Below, one piece after another: positions 39,404 to 47,891 of a DNA stretch of 64,000 bases. The notes below the pieces were generated by a model. That model searched no databases. It was not told the DNA's origin and worked only from the letters and a program-made list of their open reading frames with translations. Within the stretch, counting starts at the first letter, position 1; every line of letters starts with the position of its first letter. This stretch comes from a virus: positions 1 through 64,000 of the IMG/VR virus record IMGVR_UViG_3300031539_000007; one strand, given 5' to 3'. The position numbers and the translations under genes are program-made.

Positions 39404-39607
39404 GTGGCTGTATTTATTGGTAGTAGAGGGCAGGTGTGGTTTTGCGCGAACCCAGAGAGCGACCCACGGGTGTGGGTTTTGATGCCTGCGGATACGGTCG
39501 TAGAAACAGATCGCGAGTATCGCTATGCCTCGATTGCAGAAAACTGGAAAGTGGGAACGTTGATTATAGGAATAACATGGGATAGTGACGCTAATGGCAG
39601 AACTTAA
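39404..39607 (+). CDS. Hypothetical protein
   Basis: GAGGGGG RBS, 67 aa. Confidence 0.55.
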   Translation: MAVFIGSRGQVWFCANPESDPRVWVLMPADTVVETDREYRYASIAENWKVGTLIIGITWDSDANGRT

Positions 39608-39619
39608 GGAGATTCACTG

Positions 39620-39997
39620 ATGGATTACTGGCGTGGATATATGGACTGGCCGCTGGCCTCTGAATGGGAGTGCATTGTTTGTGGAGCGCGCGTGTTGGTG
39701 TGGGGGTTTATACATGGGATATGCAGATGCGAACACTGTCACGCAGAATATGCGATGCTCGACAGGTCGAAGCGTGTCACAGTCCCAATCTCTCTACTCA
39801 AAGATGAGTACGTTGAGCCAGCCAAGTACCTGTGGGGCAAATATCACAAGCCGCTCGATGAATACGACAATGGCGACTGGGATGAGGCTCTGCGTGTTTG
39901 CCCGAACTGTAACGGCGTTGGCATTACGCAGGGCGGGACTGAGGACTACGAGTTCGCCGATTGCCCCGCCTGTGCCGGTACAGGGAGAGGCGTTTAG
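39620..39997 (+). CDS. Cys-rich zinc-binding hypothetical protein
   Basis: Four CxxC pairs, the last two CxxCxGxG (DnaJ-type); AAGGAG RBS. Confidence 0.7.
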   Translation: MDYWRGYMDWPLASEWECIVCGARVLVWGFIHGICRCEHCHAEYAMLDRSKRVTVPISLLKDEYVEPAKYLWGKYHKPLDEYDNGDWDEALRVCPNCNGVGITQGGTEDYEFADCPACAGTGRGV

Positions 39998-40000
39998 CCA

Positions 40001-40786
40001 ATGTTCAGCATAACGAACGAGAAGGAGGTATCAGCCGTAGGGCTGGTTCAGCCTAACACATTAGTTCTAGGGGACTGCTTGGAAGTCATGAAGTACATTC
40101 CAGACGGCTCTGTGGACTTGGTGTTGACCGATATACCCTACGGAACAACCGCGTGCAAGTGGGACTCCGTTATTCCGTTTGAACCGATGTGGGCAGCCGT
40201 CAAGCACGTATTGAAGCCGCGCGGGGTATTCGTAACTACTGCGAGTCAGCCGTTTACAAGCGCGCTGATTATGTCAAATATTAGGAACTATAAACATTCT
40301 TGGGTATGGAATAAGAAGCTAGCTGGCAATGCAATATTTGCGAAAAAGCAACCATTAAAAATACACGAAGATATTGTCGTATTTTCATTCGCCGGTTGTT
40401 TGTATTATCCGCAAATGAGGACTGGAAAATTAAGGAAAAAGAATGGGATAAAGAACAAGCTAGGAACATTTGGTGATTCAGAGATCACAGAAAACGATCA
40501 GTATTATCCTACTTCTATTTTACAGTTCTCTAATGCTGGATTACGGAGAGGAAAAGTGCATCTGTCTCAAAAGCCTGTCGCCCTCTATGAGTACCTTGTC
40601 CACACCTACACCAACGACGGCGACACAGTGCTTGATTTCACGATGGGGTCTGGCACAACTGGCGTCGCCTGTGTGAACACGAATCGTAAATTCATCGGCA
40701 TTGAACTTGATAGAGGATATTTCGACATCGCCGTTGATAGAATCAACGCCGCGTTAGCAACCCCCGCGCAAGGCTCGCTATTCTAA
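40001..40786 (+). CDS. DNA amino-methyltransferase (N6A/N4C, beta class)
   Basis: GDCLEVM, DIPY, HLSQKPVAL, LDFTMGSGTTG and FIGIELD motifs; ends QGSLF. Confidence 0.93.
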   Translation: MFSITNEKEVSAVGLVQPNTLVLGDCLEVMKYIPDGSVDLVLTDIPYGTTACKWDSVIPFEPMWAAVKHVLKPRGVFVTTASQPFTSALIMSNIRNYKHSWVWNKKLAGNAIFAKKQPLKIHEDIVVFSFAGCLYYPQMRTGKLRKKNGIKNKLGTFGDSEITENDQYYPTSILQFSNAGLRRGKVHLSQKPVALYEYLVHTYTNDGDTVLDFTMGSGTTGVACVNTNRKFIGIELDRGYFDIAVDRINAALATPAQGSLF

Positions 40787-42453
40787 CCCACGCGCCATCT
40801 AGCCCCTCTGGACGCATTGAATTGCCCCATCGCCTGTCCTGATCTGCCGTACTTCCCGCCGCTTATCACTATGGCTTGGGGCAGCACCGTTGATACCCGC
40901 ATAGGCCCACCAACATAAGCATAGCGCAGCGCTGTGGGATAGTCCTCTCCATCCTTGCCCGGTGTGTCGCGGTCGTAGCTACCATCGGGCATTCGCTTGC
41001 ACTTGAACTTCTTGGCTATCGCTGTATGCAATTCAGGGCACCTCTCGGTGTCTATGAACAGACTGCGCGTGTTTGAGTTATCTCTGAAAGCATCGCGCAG
41101 CACCCCAATTCCATAAGCCACGTTCGCCACCTCTTTCGGTATGGTTCTACAGTTCAGATCACGCGGCCAATCGCCGATCAGGTCTTGTGCCGCTTTCTCT
41201 GCCCAGAACACCGAGATGTGCAAGCCGAACTCGTCAATGATGCGTGCCTTCATTTCGTGTGCCGCTTGGATGAGCTTGCTCGGCGTGTTGTTGTTGTCGT
41301 CCCACTCTGCAATTACCCAGCGCAGACGCTTGCCGTTTTCGAGTACCCCAGGAGCCTGAGCTACTACCACGATTCTACCACGACCGCGCTGGTCTACCCC
41401 AGCAAAGCACGTCCAGTTGTTGATGTCTGCGCCCTCTGGTGGGAATGGCTGCTGACAACCCATGTCGTATTGTGGATAGACAAGTCCTTGTTGTTTTCCT
41501 GTAAGCAAGAGGTTCTGTAAGGCGAATGATTCGGCGTCGGTCGTTAAGAACTTGGAGCAGACATCTTGGTAGGGATAGTGCCCCTCAGCTTTCTCGCCCC
41601 TGCCGCCACATAGTTCTTCGTAGTTGCCTGTGTACGGGTTAGTCCAGAACTGTAACGGGCAGCCACCGCAGCCAATGGGGTACGCTCTACCGCACGGCTT
41701 CATCGTGTCGAAGATGTCGAACTCATAAACGGCGATGCCCTTCTCTTCGGCAGTATCGAGGAAGCTCTGCATCGTGCCGGTGCTGTGGTACTGGCTGGAT
41801 GCCATTAGTGTAGTGGCCTGATATTGGTCGCTGCTCATTGGCATCTGCATTGCGGTTGCCAGAATGAGCGTGTCAATATGGTCTAGCTCGTCTACTGTCA
41901 GCGCGTGAGGGTGTGGGCCAGATACAGAACGCTCGCTGCCTCCAGTGCGTATTTCTAGCTTCGAGCCGTTCGTGAGGACGCACTTTGTTACCATTGGCTC
42001 TGCCGCCAGCATATCCGCAAAGAACGGCAGCTTTATCAGTCCTTCGACGCCATCCTTTTCCTTGCTGCCAGCGAAGTAGGCATAGCCGTCGCGCGCCTGT
42101 CCTTCTGAGCCAGCGATGTTGACAATTGAATAGCCTGGCTTAAAGCGCATTGAGGCGAGGTCGAAGATTGAGAACAGGCGCGTCTTGCCAGCACCACGAT
42201 TGCCACGCGCGACAAGCACCCGCTCGCGCTCGAAGAAGGCGTCGGCGATAAACTCGAATGGCGAGCGATGGCCCGCCTTGGTTACGTGGCGCGCAATGTT
42301 AAAGCCGAGTACGTAATTTACCCATTGGTGGAATTCGTCATCAGTCGTCGGGCGCTGTGAGGACATTTTGGAGCGCCGCAACATCAAGGTCGCTTGTGCG
42401 TCCGACAAAATCTGGGCTAACATCTGTTGCGATTGCGTCGATGATTGTTCCAC
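40783..42453 (-). CDS. terL: Terminase large subunit
   Basis: Walker A GNRGAGKT, Walker B LTVDELD, nuclease AGVDQ and EDYPTALRYA; the start may instead be ATG 42366. Confidence 0.85.
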   Translation of the reverse strand: MEQSSTQSQQMLAQILSDAQATLMLRRSKMSSQRPTTDDEFHQWVNYVLGFNIARHVTKAGHRSPFEFIADAFFERERVLVARGNRGAGKTRLFSIFDLASMRFKPGYSIVNIAGSEGQARDGYAYFAGSKEKDGVEGLIKLPFFADMLAAEPMVTKCVLTNGSKLEIRTGGSERSVSGPHPHALTVDELDHIDTLILATAMQMPMSSDQYQATTLMASSQYHSTGTMQSFLDTAEEKGIAVYEFDIFDTMKPCGRAYPIGCGGCPLQFWTNPYTGNYEELCGGRGEKAEGHYPYQDVCSKFLTTDAESFALQNLLLTGKQQGLVYPQYDMGCQQPFPPEGADINNWTCFAGVDQRGRGRIVVVAQAPGVLENGKRLRWVIAEWDDNNNTPSKLIQAAHEMKARIIDEFGLHISVFWAEKAAQDLIGDWPRDLNCRTIPKEVANVAYGIGVLRDAFRDNSNTRSLFIDTERCPELHTAIAKKFKCKRMPDGSYDRDTPGKDGEDYPTALRYAYVGGPMRVSTVLPQAIVISGGKYGRSGQAMGQFNASRGARWRVG

Positions 42454-42928
42454 TATCTATCGCCCCCTGAACTGTTGAGATGAGTTGCTGTAATTGGTCA
42501 AAGCTCATCCCTTCTAAGTTGAATATCTGTGGCTCGTTAAGCACGTTGTTCTGCTGGACGTTCACGTTGACCTGCATTGGGGCAACTGCCTTTCTAGCAA
42601 AGTCGAGGATTTCCAGTGGGTCGTGCATTGTAAGCGGCATCCCAAGCTCTATGTTACGTTGCATCTTGTCTTCAAACAAGACCTGCGCGTAAGCGAGCTG
42701 TCGGCGCGTCGATGCAATCGGGACGTGCGCTACTGCCTTGTCTACGTCGCCGTTTATCTCTATCCCCGCCTCGTTCTGGGCGTTGAGGAGCGCCATCACG
42801 TCCATTGGGTTCATCTGGCATACGTCGGCAATGACACGCGCCTCTGGCGGGTAGACAATTCCACGGCGGATAATCATCTCCTGGCGCACACATTTCTCTT
42901 GTTCTGTCAGCGGTTTTCGCGGTCTCAT
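42341..42928 (-). CDS. Terminase small subunit (putative)
   Basis: Directly upstream of TerL; VNVNVQQNNV...LEGMSFDQL C-terminus; likely leaderless start at ATG 42928. Confidence 0.65.
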   Translation of the reverse strand: MRPRKPLTEQEKCVRQEMIIRRGIVYPPEARVIADVCQMNPMDVMALLNAQNEAGIEINGDVDKAVAHVPIASTRRQLAYAQVLFEDKMQRNIELGMPLTMHDPLEILDFARKAVAPMQVNVNVQQNNVLNEPQIFNLEGMSFDQLQQLISTVQGAIDSGTIIDAIATDVSPDFVGRTSDLDVAALQNVLTAPDD

Positions 42929-42935
42929 GGTTAAG

Positions 42936-42970
42936 AGTATACTCGTCTTGTAAACGTTGTGCCACCTTGA
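42936..42970 (-). promoter_or_regulatory. Putative late promoter for the terminase genes (leaderless)
   Basis: TCAAGGT-N22-TATACT-N7-ATG. Confidence 0.62.
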
Positions 42971-42994
42971 CACGCCTTGGAATAGTGGTACAAT
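42967..42994 (+). promoter_or_regulatory. Sigma70-type promoter of the rightward operon
   Basis: TTGACA-N16-TACAAT with an extended -10 TG. Confidence 0.8.
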
Positions 42995-43003
42995 CCGTAG
43001 TAG

Positions 43004-43321
43004 ATGGGAATCCGCAAAACACTAATTGACCAATACGACACCTCCGAAAACCGCCAGCAAGTCTACCAACGAGACGGCGGGCGCTGTGTTGTCTGCGGGG
43101 GGAACTTCCACGACATCCACGAGATTGTGTCCAGGTCACACTGGGCCTCCACCGAGCATGATATGGCACTGTGCTTCGCGTTGAAGAACCGGGTATGTAT
43201 CTGCCGGTATCATCACGGTGAATATCAGGGGATAGCTGAAAAGATTGGCGAGTTGCTACGCCTGCTACAGCGCAGGCACGGGTACGATTACTCAGAGAGA
43301 GAGTTTGCAAATTATCTATGA
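43004..43321 (+). CDS. HNH endonuclease
   Basis: RDGGRCVVCG, HDIHEI and NRVCICRYHH motifs. Confidence 0.8.
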   Translation: MGIRKTLIDQYDTSENRQQVYQRDGGRCVVCGGNFHDIHEIVSRSHWASTEHDMALCFALKNRVCICRYHHGEYQGIAEKIGELLRLLQRRHGYDYSEREFANYL

Positions 43322-43563
43322 GAACTATCACATATCGCAGAGAACAAAACAAGAAGCGCAAGCGCAGAGCCAGGCGCATAATCTCGCGCTGGTTTCACGG
43401 ACGCGATCTAGCCGACGACGAGCGATTCGTTGGTATCATGGCAGCCACGCCTTGCAGGTGCTCTTGCCCGTACTGTGGCAACGAGCGCAGGCACTTCGGG
43501 AAACGTACACGACAAGAGATTGTGGCAGATATAATTACTAATGAGCAACTAGAGGTTATATGA
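43318..43563 (+). CDS. Hypothetical basic protein (CSCPYCGN)
   Basis: ATGA overlap; phage-type CSCxxCGN motif. Confidence 0.65.
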   Translation: MRTITYRREQNKKRKRRARRIISRWFHGRDLADDERFVGIMAATPCRCSCPYCGNERRHFGKRTRQEIVADIITNEQLEVI

Positions 43564-43847
43564 GTGAAATCGACGAACTTAAAAATAGGGTGTCGCAAAT
43601 CGAGCGATTCCTTGGTAGTAGAAAGGGATACGTGTTCGCAAAGATTGCAGACATTGAAGTGAATGGCGGGAGCAGCGGTAATGTGCGCGTTGTACATAAT
43701 TGCCCCACGATGCCGGCGGGGACAAGGGTGCTTCGCCCAATTCATAAACAGTGGTTGATTGATAATGGCTATAGCGATTATGACGCACCGGCTAGAACAA
43801 TACTTGACATAGCGTATTGTCCGTATTGTGGACAGAAACTATTTTAA
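43560..43847 (+). CDS. Hypothetical protein (C-terminal CPYCG)
   Basis: ATGA overlap, GAGG RBS. Confidence 0.6.
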   Translation: MSEIDELKNRVSQIERFLGSRKGYVFAKIADIEVNGGSSGNVRVVHNCPTMPAGTRVLRPIHKQWLIDNGYSDYDAPARTILDIAYCPYCGQKLF

Positions 43848-43909
43848 GGAAATGAAGATAGAATACAAACTAACACTTATTACCAAACTCAAGGGAGATT
43901 AGAGGTAGA

Positions 43910-44215
43910 ATGAACGATCTTGGCATAATTAAATTACAAGTAGATTACTTCAAAGACCAAGATGGAACGGTGCGCTGCGCATCGCTTGAAACTGGTAAGA
44001 GCATGGTGATCTTTATGCGTAACAAGGAGGGCAAGATTGTCACCGCCACGCTTGGTATGCCAGTGATCCCTGTAGAGACATTGCTGGAAATCGCCAAGGC
44101 GTTCGATGCGCCGAGCAATGGGTTGCATACGTACAAGTGTTCCCGTTGCGGCTATGCTTACACTGGGGACAAGCAACTTGATTGTAGTTGCGGTTGCTAC
44201 ACCGAGAAAATCTAA
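43910..44215 (+). CDS. Hypothetical protein
   Basis: GAGG RBS; C-terminal Cys motifs. Confidence 0.6.
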   Translation: MNDLGIIKLQVDYFKDQDGTVRCASLETGKSMVIFMRNKEGKIVTATLGMPVIPVETLLEIAKAFDAPSNGLHTYKCSRCGYAYTGDKQLDCSCGCYTEKI

Positions 44216-44240
44216 GAGGTCTGCATGAAAGGAGTGGTAC

Positions 44241-45221
44241 TTGACTAACTATAACTGGGGCGATGTACTTCTGGAAGCGCGTGGGGTTGCCGCTGATGGG
44301 TGCGGGGGCTGGCGGCATCTATCAAGAATGCTAAGTATTCCGAGGACTACACTCCGCAGAGAACTGCAAAAGCTAGGCGTCAAAGAATACGATGATCTGC
44401 TGTACGACACGGAACCCGATGGCATTGAATCTCCAGAGAGCAGTTTTGTTAAGCAACGCATCACCACGTCGGTTGCCCGCAATCTAAAGGTGGTATACTT
44501 CGGCGACATCCACGCTCCGTTCCAAGACGACCGCGCCATCAGCGTGACCGCGCAGATTATAGCTGATTTCAGACCAGACGAAGTTGTCTGCGGGGGCGAC
44601 TCGGTAGACTTCTACGCAGTGTCGTCGTTCGACCGCGATCCTGAGCGCGTGCTCAAGTTGCAAGAGGAGTTAGATATAGCGTTCGGGTGCCATGAAACGC
44701 TAACGTCAGCAGCCAGAAGCGCACAGTGGTATATGCTTGATGCAAACCACGAGGAGCGGTGGGTGCGCTATCTGCATAGCCATCCAGAGATTTCCAGCTT
44801 GCGCGTGCTTGAATTGTATAATTTGTTGAGGTTTAACGAGCTTGGATGGAAGGTCGGCGGGGCCGAAAGACGATATTGTAATGGTTTGTTGGCGCTAATC
44901 CACGGGGCAAGGTACAGCAAACATGCAGGCTGGGCCATTAAAGCGGAAATGCACGACAGGTTCTTTGACCACCATGTTCTGCAATTGCACAACCACAAAG
45001 TTGGCAGCTACATAAGCCACGGGCCTTTGCGCCAAATGTCTGGCTATGAGGTTGGATGCTTGTGCTCGCTAGAACCAGAATGGCACCCTCACCCAAATTG
45101 GAACCAGGGGATAATGCTTGTAGAGATTATTGAGAATGTGCCATCATTTAATAATCTTATATTCCACGCTGACGGCAACACTGTGTGGTCTGTGTTCGGC
45201 GGGAAGGTGTACAAATCATGA
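44241..45221 (+). CDS. Calcineurin-like metallophosphoesterase with an N-terminal HTH
   Basis: GDIHAP, GGDSVD, ANHE, IHG, LHNH and WNQG motifs. Confidence 0.85.
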   Translation: MTNYNWGDVLLEARGVAADGCGGWRHLSRMLSIPRTTLRRELQKLGVKEYDDLLYDTEPDGIESPESSFVKQRITTSVARNLKVVYFGDIHAPFQDDRAISVTAQIIADFRPDEVVCGGDSVDFYAVSSFDRDPERVLKLQEELDIAFGCHETLTSAARSAQWYMLDANHEERWVRYLHSHPEISSLRVLELYNLLRFNELGWKVGGAERRYCNGLLALIHGARYSKHAGWAIKAEMHDRFFDHHVLQLHNHKVGSYISHGPLRQMSGYEVGCLCSLEPEWHPHPNWNQGIMLVEIIENVPSFNNLIFHADGNTVWSVFGGKVYKS

Positions 45222-45433
45222 GCATTCTGGTTTGTCATAACTGCAAACAACCCATCTCTGCATTCGCCAAAAGATGCAACTATTGCGATGAGGCGGTGCT
45301 GTATCCAGAGCCGCTGGCAAGCACGAGCGAAGATGTTCTCCCAACGACACACGAAGAGCAGCGCGTCGTATACGTCTATCCAGACGACGAGCGCGTTGTG
45401 CGTTTCGACGAGAACTGGGAGGAAGTAGTTTGA
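45218..45433 (+). CDS. Zinc-ribbon hypothetical protein
   Basis: CHNC...CNYC; ATGA overlap. Confidence 0.6.
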   Translation: MSILVCHNCKQPISAFAKRCNYCDEAVLYPEPLASTSEDVLPTTHEEQRVVYVYPDDERVVRFDENWEEVV

Positions 45434-45443
45434 GGTTTTCTCC

Positions 45444-45953
45444 TTGAAAGAGCGTGGCGGGGTTGACGGTGAAGCGTCGGCTTCACTGAGGGCGCGGGGG
45501 TGGATAGTCAAAGTCACCCGCGATTTCCTGAAATGCCATCGTTGCGGGTCACTGATTTACCCAGATGCCGCGCCAGGGTGCTTTGACGCTAGGGTGGCGA
45601 TACCAGTGTGGGATAGAAAAGAAATTGCTTGGTACGCCATCGAAGTCAAAAGCTCCCGCACCGCATTGCCGTTCGCGTGTATCGACGACAAGAAGCGCGA
45701 GTGGTCAGCAGCTCACACAAGCGACTACTCGATGTGGATGTGGGTATGTATGGGGGACAGAATTAACAGCAAGAAATATCCACGAGTTACGTATCTGTTC
45801 CCACTAGCACTGTTTTATCAATTAGAAAATTCTAGTAACAGGAAGTCTATCGCGTATGACGACGCCGCGCTGCTAGATTACAAACTACAATGGGAAGGTT
45901 CTGGATTATGGACGATACCAGAGACACACCAGTTTCTAACGAGTTTGGCATAA
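45444..45953 (+). CDS. PD-(D/E)XK nuclease, Holliday junction resolvase-like
   Basis: E...L...GW.V, GCFD and AIEVKS motifs; near recA. Confidence 0.65.
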   Translation: MKERGGVDGEASASLRARGWIVKVTRDFLKCHRCGSLIYPDAAPGCFDARVAIPVWDRKEIAWYAIEVKSSRTALPFACIDDKKREWSAAHTSDYSMWMWVCMGDRINSKKYPRVTYLFPLALFYQLENSSNRKSIAYDDAALLDYKLQWEGSGLWTIPETHQFLTSLA

Positions 45954-46123
45954 TCACACCCTACTCATCTTTGAGTAGCGGCGTAGCTGATGGCGTTTTC
46001 GCTATCGAAATAGGCAGAGAGCAAATCGTATTCTCTTGCGAAGCGGCAAGAGCGTTCGGAGAATGGCTTGTTGAAAAGGGGAAGGAATGGCAGATATACT
46101 TGACGGAATCCTCGCCAAAGTAG
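45890..46123 (+). CDS. Hypothetical protein
   Basis: Fills the gap between resolvase and recA; start uncertain. Confidence 0.4.
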   Translation: MGRFWIMDDTRDTPVSNEFGIITPYSSLSSGVADGVFAIEIGREQIVFSCEAARAFGEWLVEKGKEWQIYLTESSPK

Positions 46124-47145
46124 AAAAGAAGTATGGAAGCGGGGTGCTTAACGGAAGAGCCAGAGATACGTTCTCAGGCGAAGCCAGACCTACCCCAATT
46201 TCTACGGGGAGTCTAAGGCTTGATTGGGCTATTGGTGGGGGAGAGGAATTTGGGGGTATCTATCGGCGCAGGATTACCACTGTGTATGGGTCAAAGAGCA
46301 CTGGAAAAACAACACTCGCTAATTCGGTAATCGCTAATGCGCAGCGCCAGGGGTGTAAAGCCATCCTTGTCGAACTTGAAGAGAAGTATGACAAGGTTTA
46401 CGCGGAGGCGTGTGGGGTTGACTTAGACGAGTTGATATTCTTGCACACTATATCCGACGATGACAAGATACAGGTTATCACGGGCGAAGAGGTACTGACA
46501 ATACTGCTACAGGTTGTAATGTCTAAGGCCGTAGACCTGGTTGTCATTGACAGCATATCGGGGCTAAGCCCCAAGCTCGAACTTAACGGGGAGATTGGGG
46601 AGTCATTCCCGGCGTTACAGGCACGGCTTGTAACGAAATTCATTCGCAAGATACCTCCGTATCTAGCCCGTAACAACGTAGCCCTGTTAATCAACAATCA
46701 GGTGCGCTCTAACTTTGGCGGGACATCGTTTGAGGCTCACTACACTATGCCAGGGGCATACGGGCTGAAGCACGGCACGGCGGTTTTAATCAAAGCGGCG
46801 CACGCCTACGTGAACAAGCAGTATAGGTTGAAGAGCGGGGATGAGTTTGTGGGAAGCAGGGCGCGGTTCTTCGTTGAAGAAAATCAAATCGCTAACCCTT
46901 ACCAGTCTGCCGACGTACCAATCATTAGCGGGAGCGGGTTCGATACGGCGATGGAAATTCTCTCGTTCGCTGGCGAGGTAGATTTCATCAGCAAGAAAGG
47001 GTCTTGGTATTATTACTTTGACGAGCACGGCGAAGAAGTAATGCTTGCGCAAGGCGAAACGGCGGCGGCGGAAGTGCTGCGTGAGAGCCCGGCGTTGCTA
47101 GAATCATTAAAAGGGCGCGTCGTAGAAAGGATGAGTGCAAAGTGA
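46087..47145 (+). CDS. recA: RecA-family recombinase
   Basis: ISTGSLRLDWAIG, GSKSTGKTT, LVVIDSI, LQARL and INNQVR motifs; KKGSWY. Confidence 0.95.
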   Translation: MADILDGILAKVEKKYGSGVLNGRARDTFSGEARPTPISTGSLRLDWAIGGGEEFGGIYRRRITTVYGSKSTGKTTLANSVIANAQRQGCKAILVELEEKYDKVYAEACGVDLDELIFLHTISDDDKIQVITGEEVLTILLQVVMSKAVDLVVIDSISGLSPKLELNGEIGESFPALQARLVTKFIRKIPPYLARNNVALLINNQVRSNFGGTSFEAHYTMPGAYGLKHGTAVLIKAAHAYVNKQYRLKSGDEFVGSRARFFVEENQIANPYQSADVPIISGSGFDTAMEILSFAGEVDFISKKGSWYYYFDEHGEEVMLAQGETAAAEVLRESPALLESLKGRVVERMSAK

Positions 47146-47360
47146 ATAGGGTGAAGATAACCACCACAGAAGGGACTGGGAACACAACCAAAGTCGTTCT
47201 TGTTTGCGAGCAGGGCGAGTTCACAATCCCGTGCAGCGAGACACACGCCCGCATTGACGGCCCAGAAGAGCTTTGGTATGCGACTATCACAATTCCATTG
47301 CCATTGCTCGATCTTGATTTAGACGCAGAACAAGTTATTCTTGATGTATTAGAAGGATAA
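47142..47360 (+). CDS. Hypothetical protein
   Basis: GTGA overlap. Confidence 0.55.
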   Translation: MNRVKITTTEGTGNTTKVVLVCEQGEFTIPCSETHARIDGPEELWYATITIPLPLLDLDLDAEQVILDVLEG

Positions 47361-47362
47361 AA

Positions 47363-47599
47363 ATGAATAATAGCTACACCCTAGAAGATATTAAGACCGC
47401 GTTTTGGGAAACGTTTCATAAACAAGGGGAACTGTTTTTTAGTTATTCTGGCATAGAAGAACGTGACAACGCCGACACCGAGTACTACTGGAATGAATTA
47501 CTAGATAGCTTGGCTGGTGTTGATGAACGAAGCCCTGTCCAAGAGAGGGCGCGGTTCTTCGTAAGGCATCCTCAAGAGGGCAAAGGGGTAACGCAATGA
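47363..47599 (+). CDS. Hypothetical protein
   Basis: AAGGA RBS. Confidence 0.6.
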   Translation: MNNSYTLEDIKTAFWETFHKQGELFFSYSGIEERDNADTEYYWNELLDSLAGVDERSPVQERARFFVRHPQEGKGVTQ

Positions 47600-47802
47600 C
47601 AGAAAAGAACTTTGATGTATCCGTAATGCTTGACGCACCAATCCCGGCAGAATCACTGATTATGGCAGGGGATAGGCTCGCGCAGGATGAAACCGTGATT
47701 GAGTTTGAGATTGTCGCTACCTATCTCGATGGGGGTAAGCGTAGATTCCGGTGGGAGAGAGCAAAACGAACAGAAGCCCTGTCCAAGAGGACAAAGGAGT
47801 AA
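47596..47802 (+). CDS. Hypothetical protein
   Basis: ATGA overlap. Confidence 0.55.
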   Translation: MTEKNFDVSVMLDAPIPAESLIMAGDRLAQDETVIEFEIVATYLDGGKRRFRWERAKRTEALSKRTKE

Positions 47803-47891
47803 CACCGTGACGATCATTTTAGAAGAACACTTTGATGTAGCCGAAGACAATCCGGCACTGCGTTTATGTAACACGCCTTATTAGAACGCAA

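Noticed and set aside
42672-43379. 235-aa minus-strand ORF spanning the divergent promoter region
   Set aside because: Overlaps TerS, both promoters and the HNH gene; composition not protein-like
43830-43847. C-terminal GQKLF as another clamp-binding motif
   Set aside because: Spacing does not fit QxxLF, and it is the usual tail of a CPYCG zinc-ribbon motif
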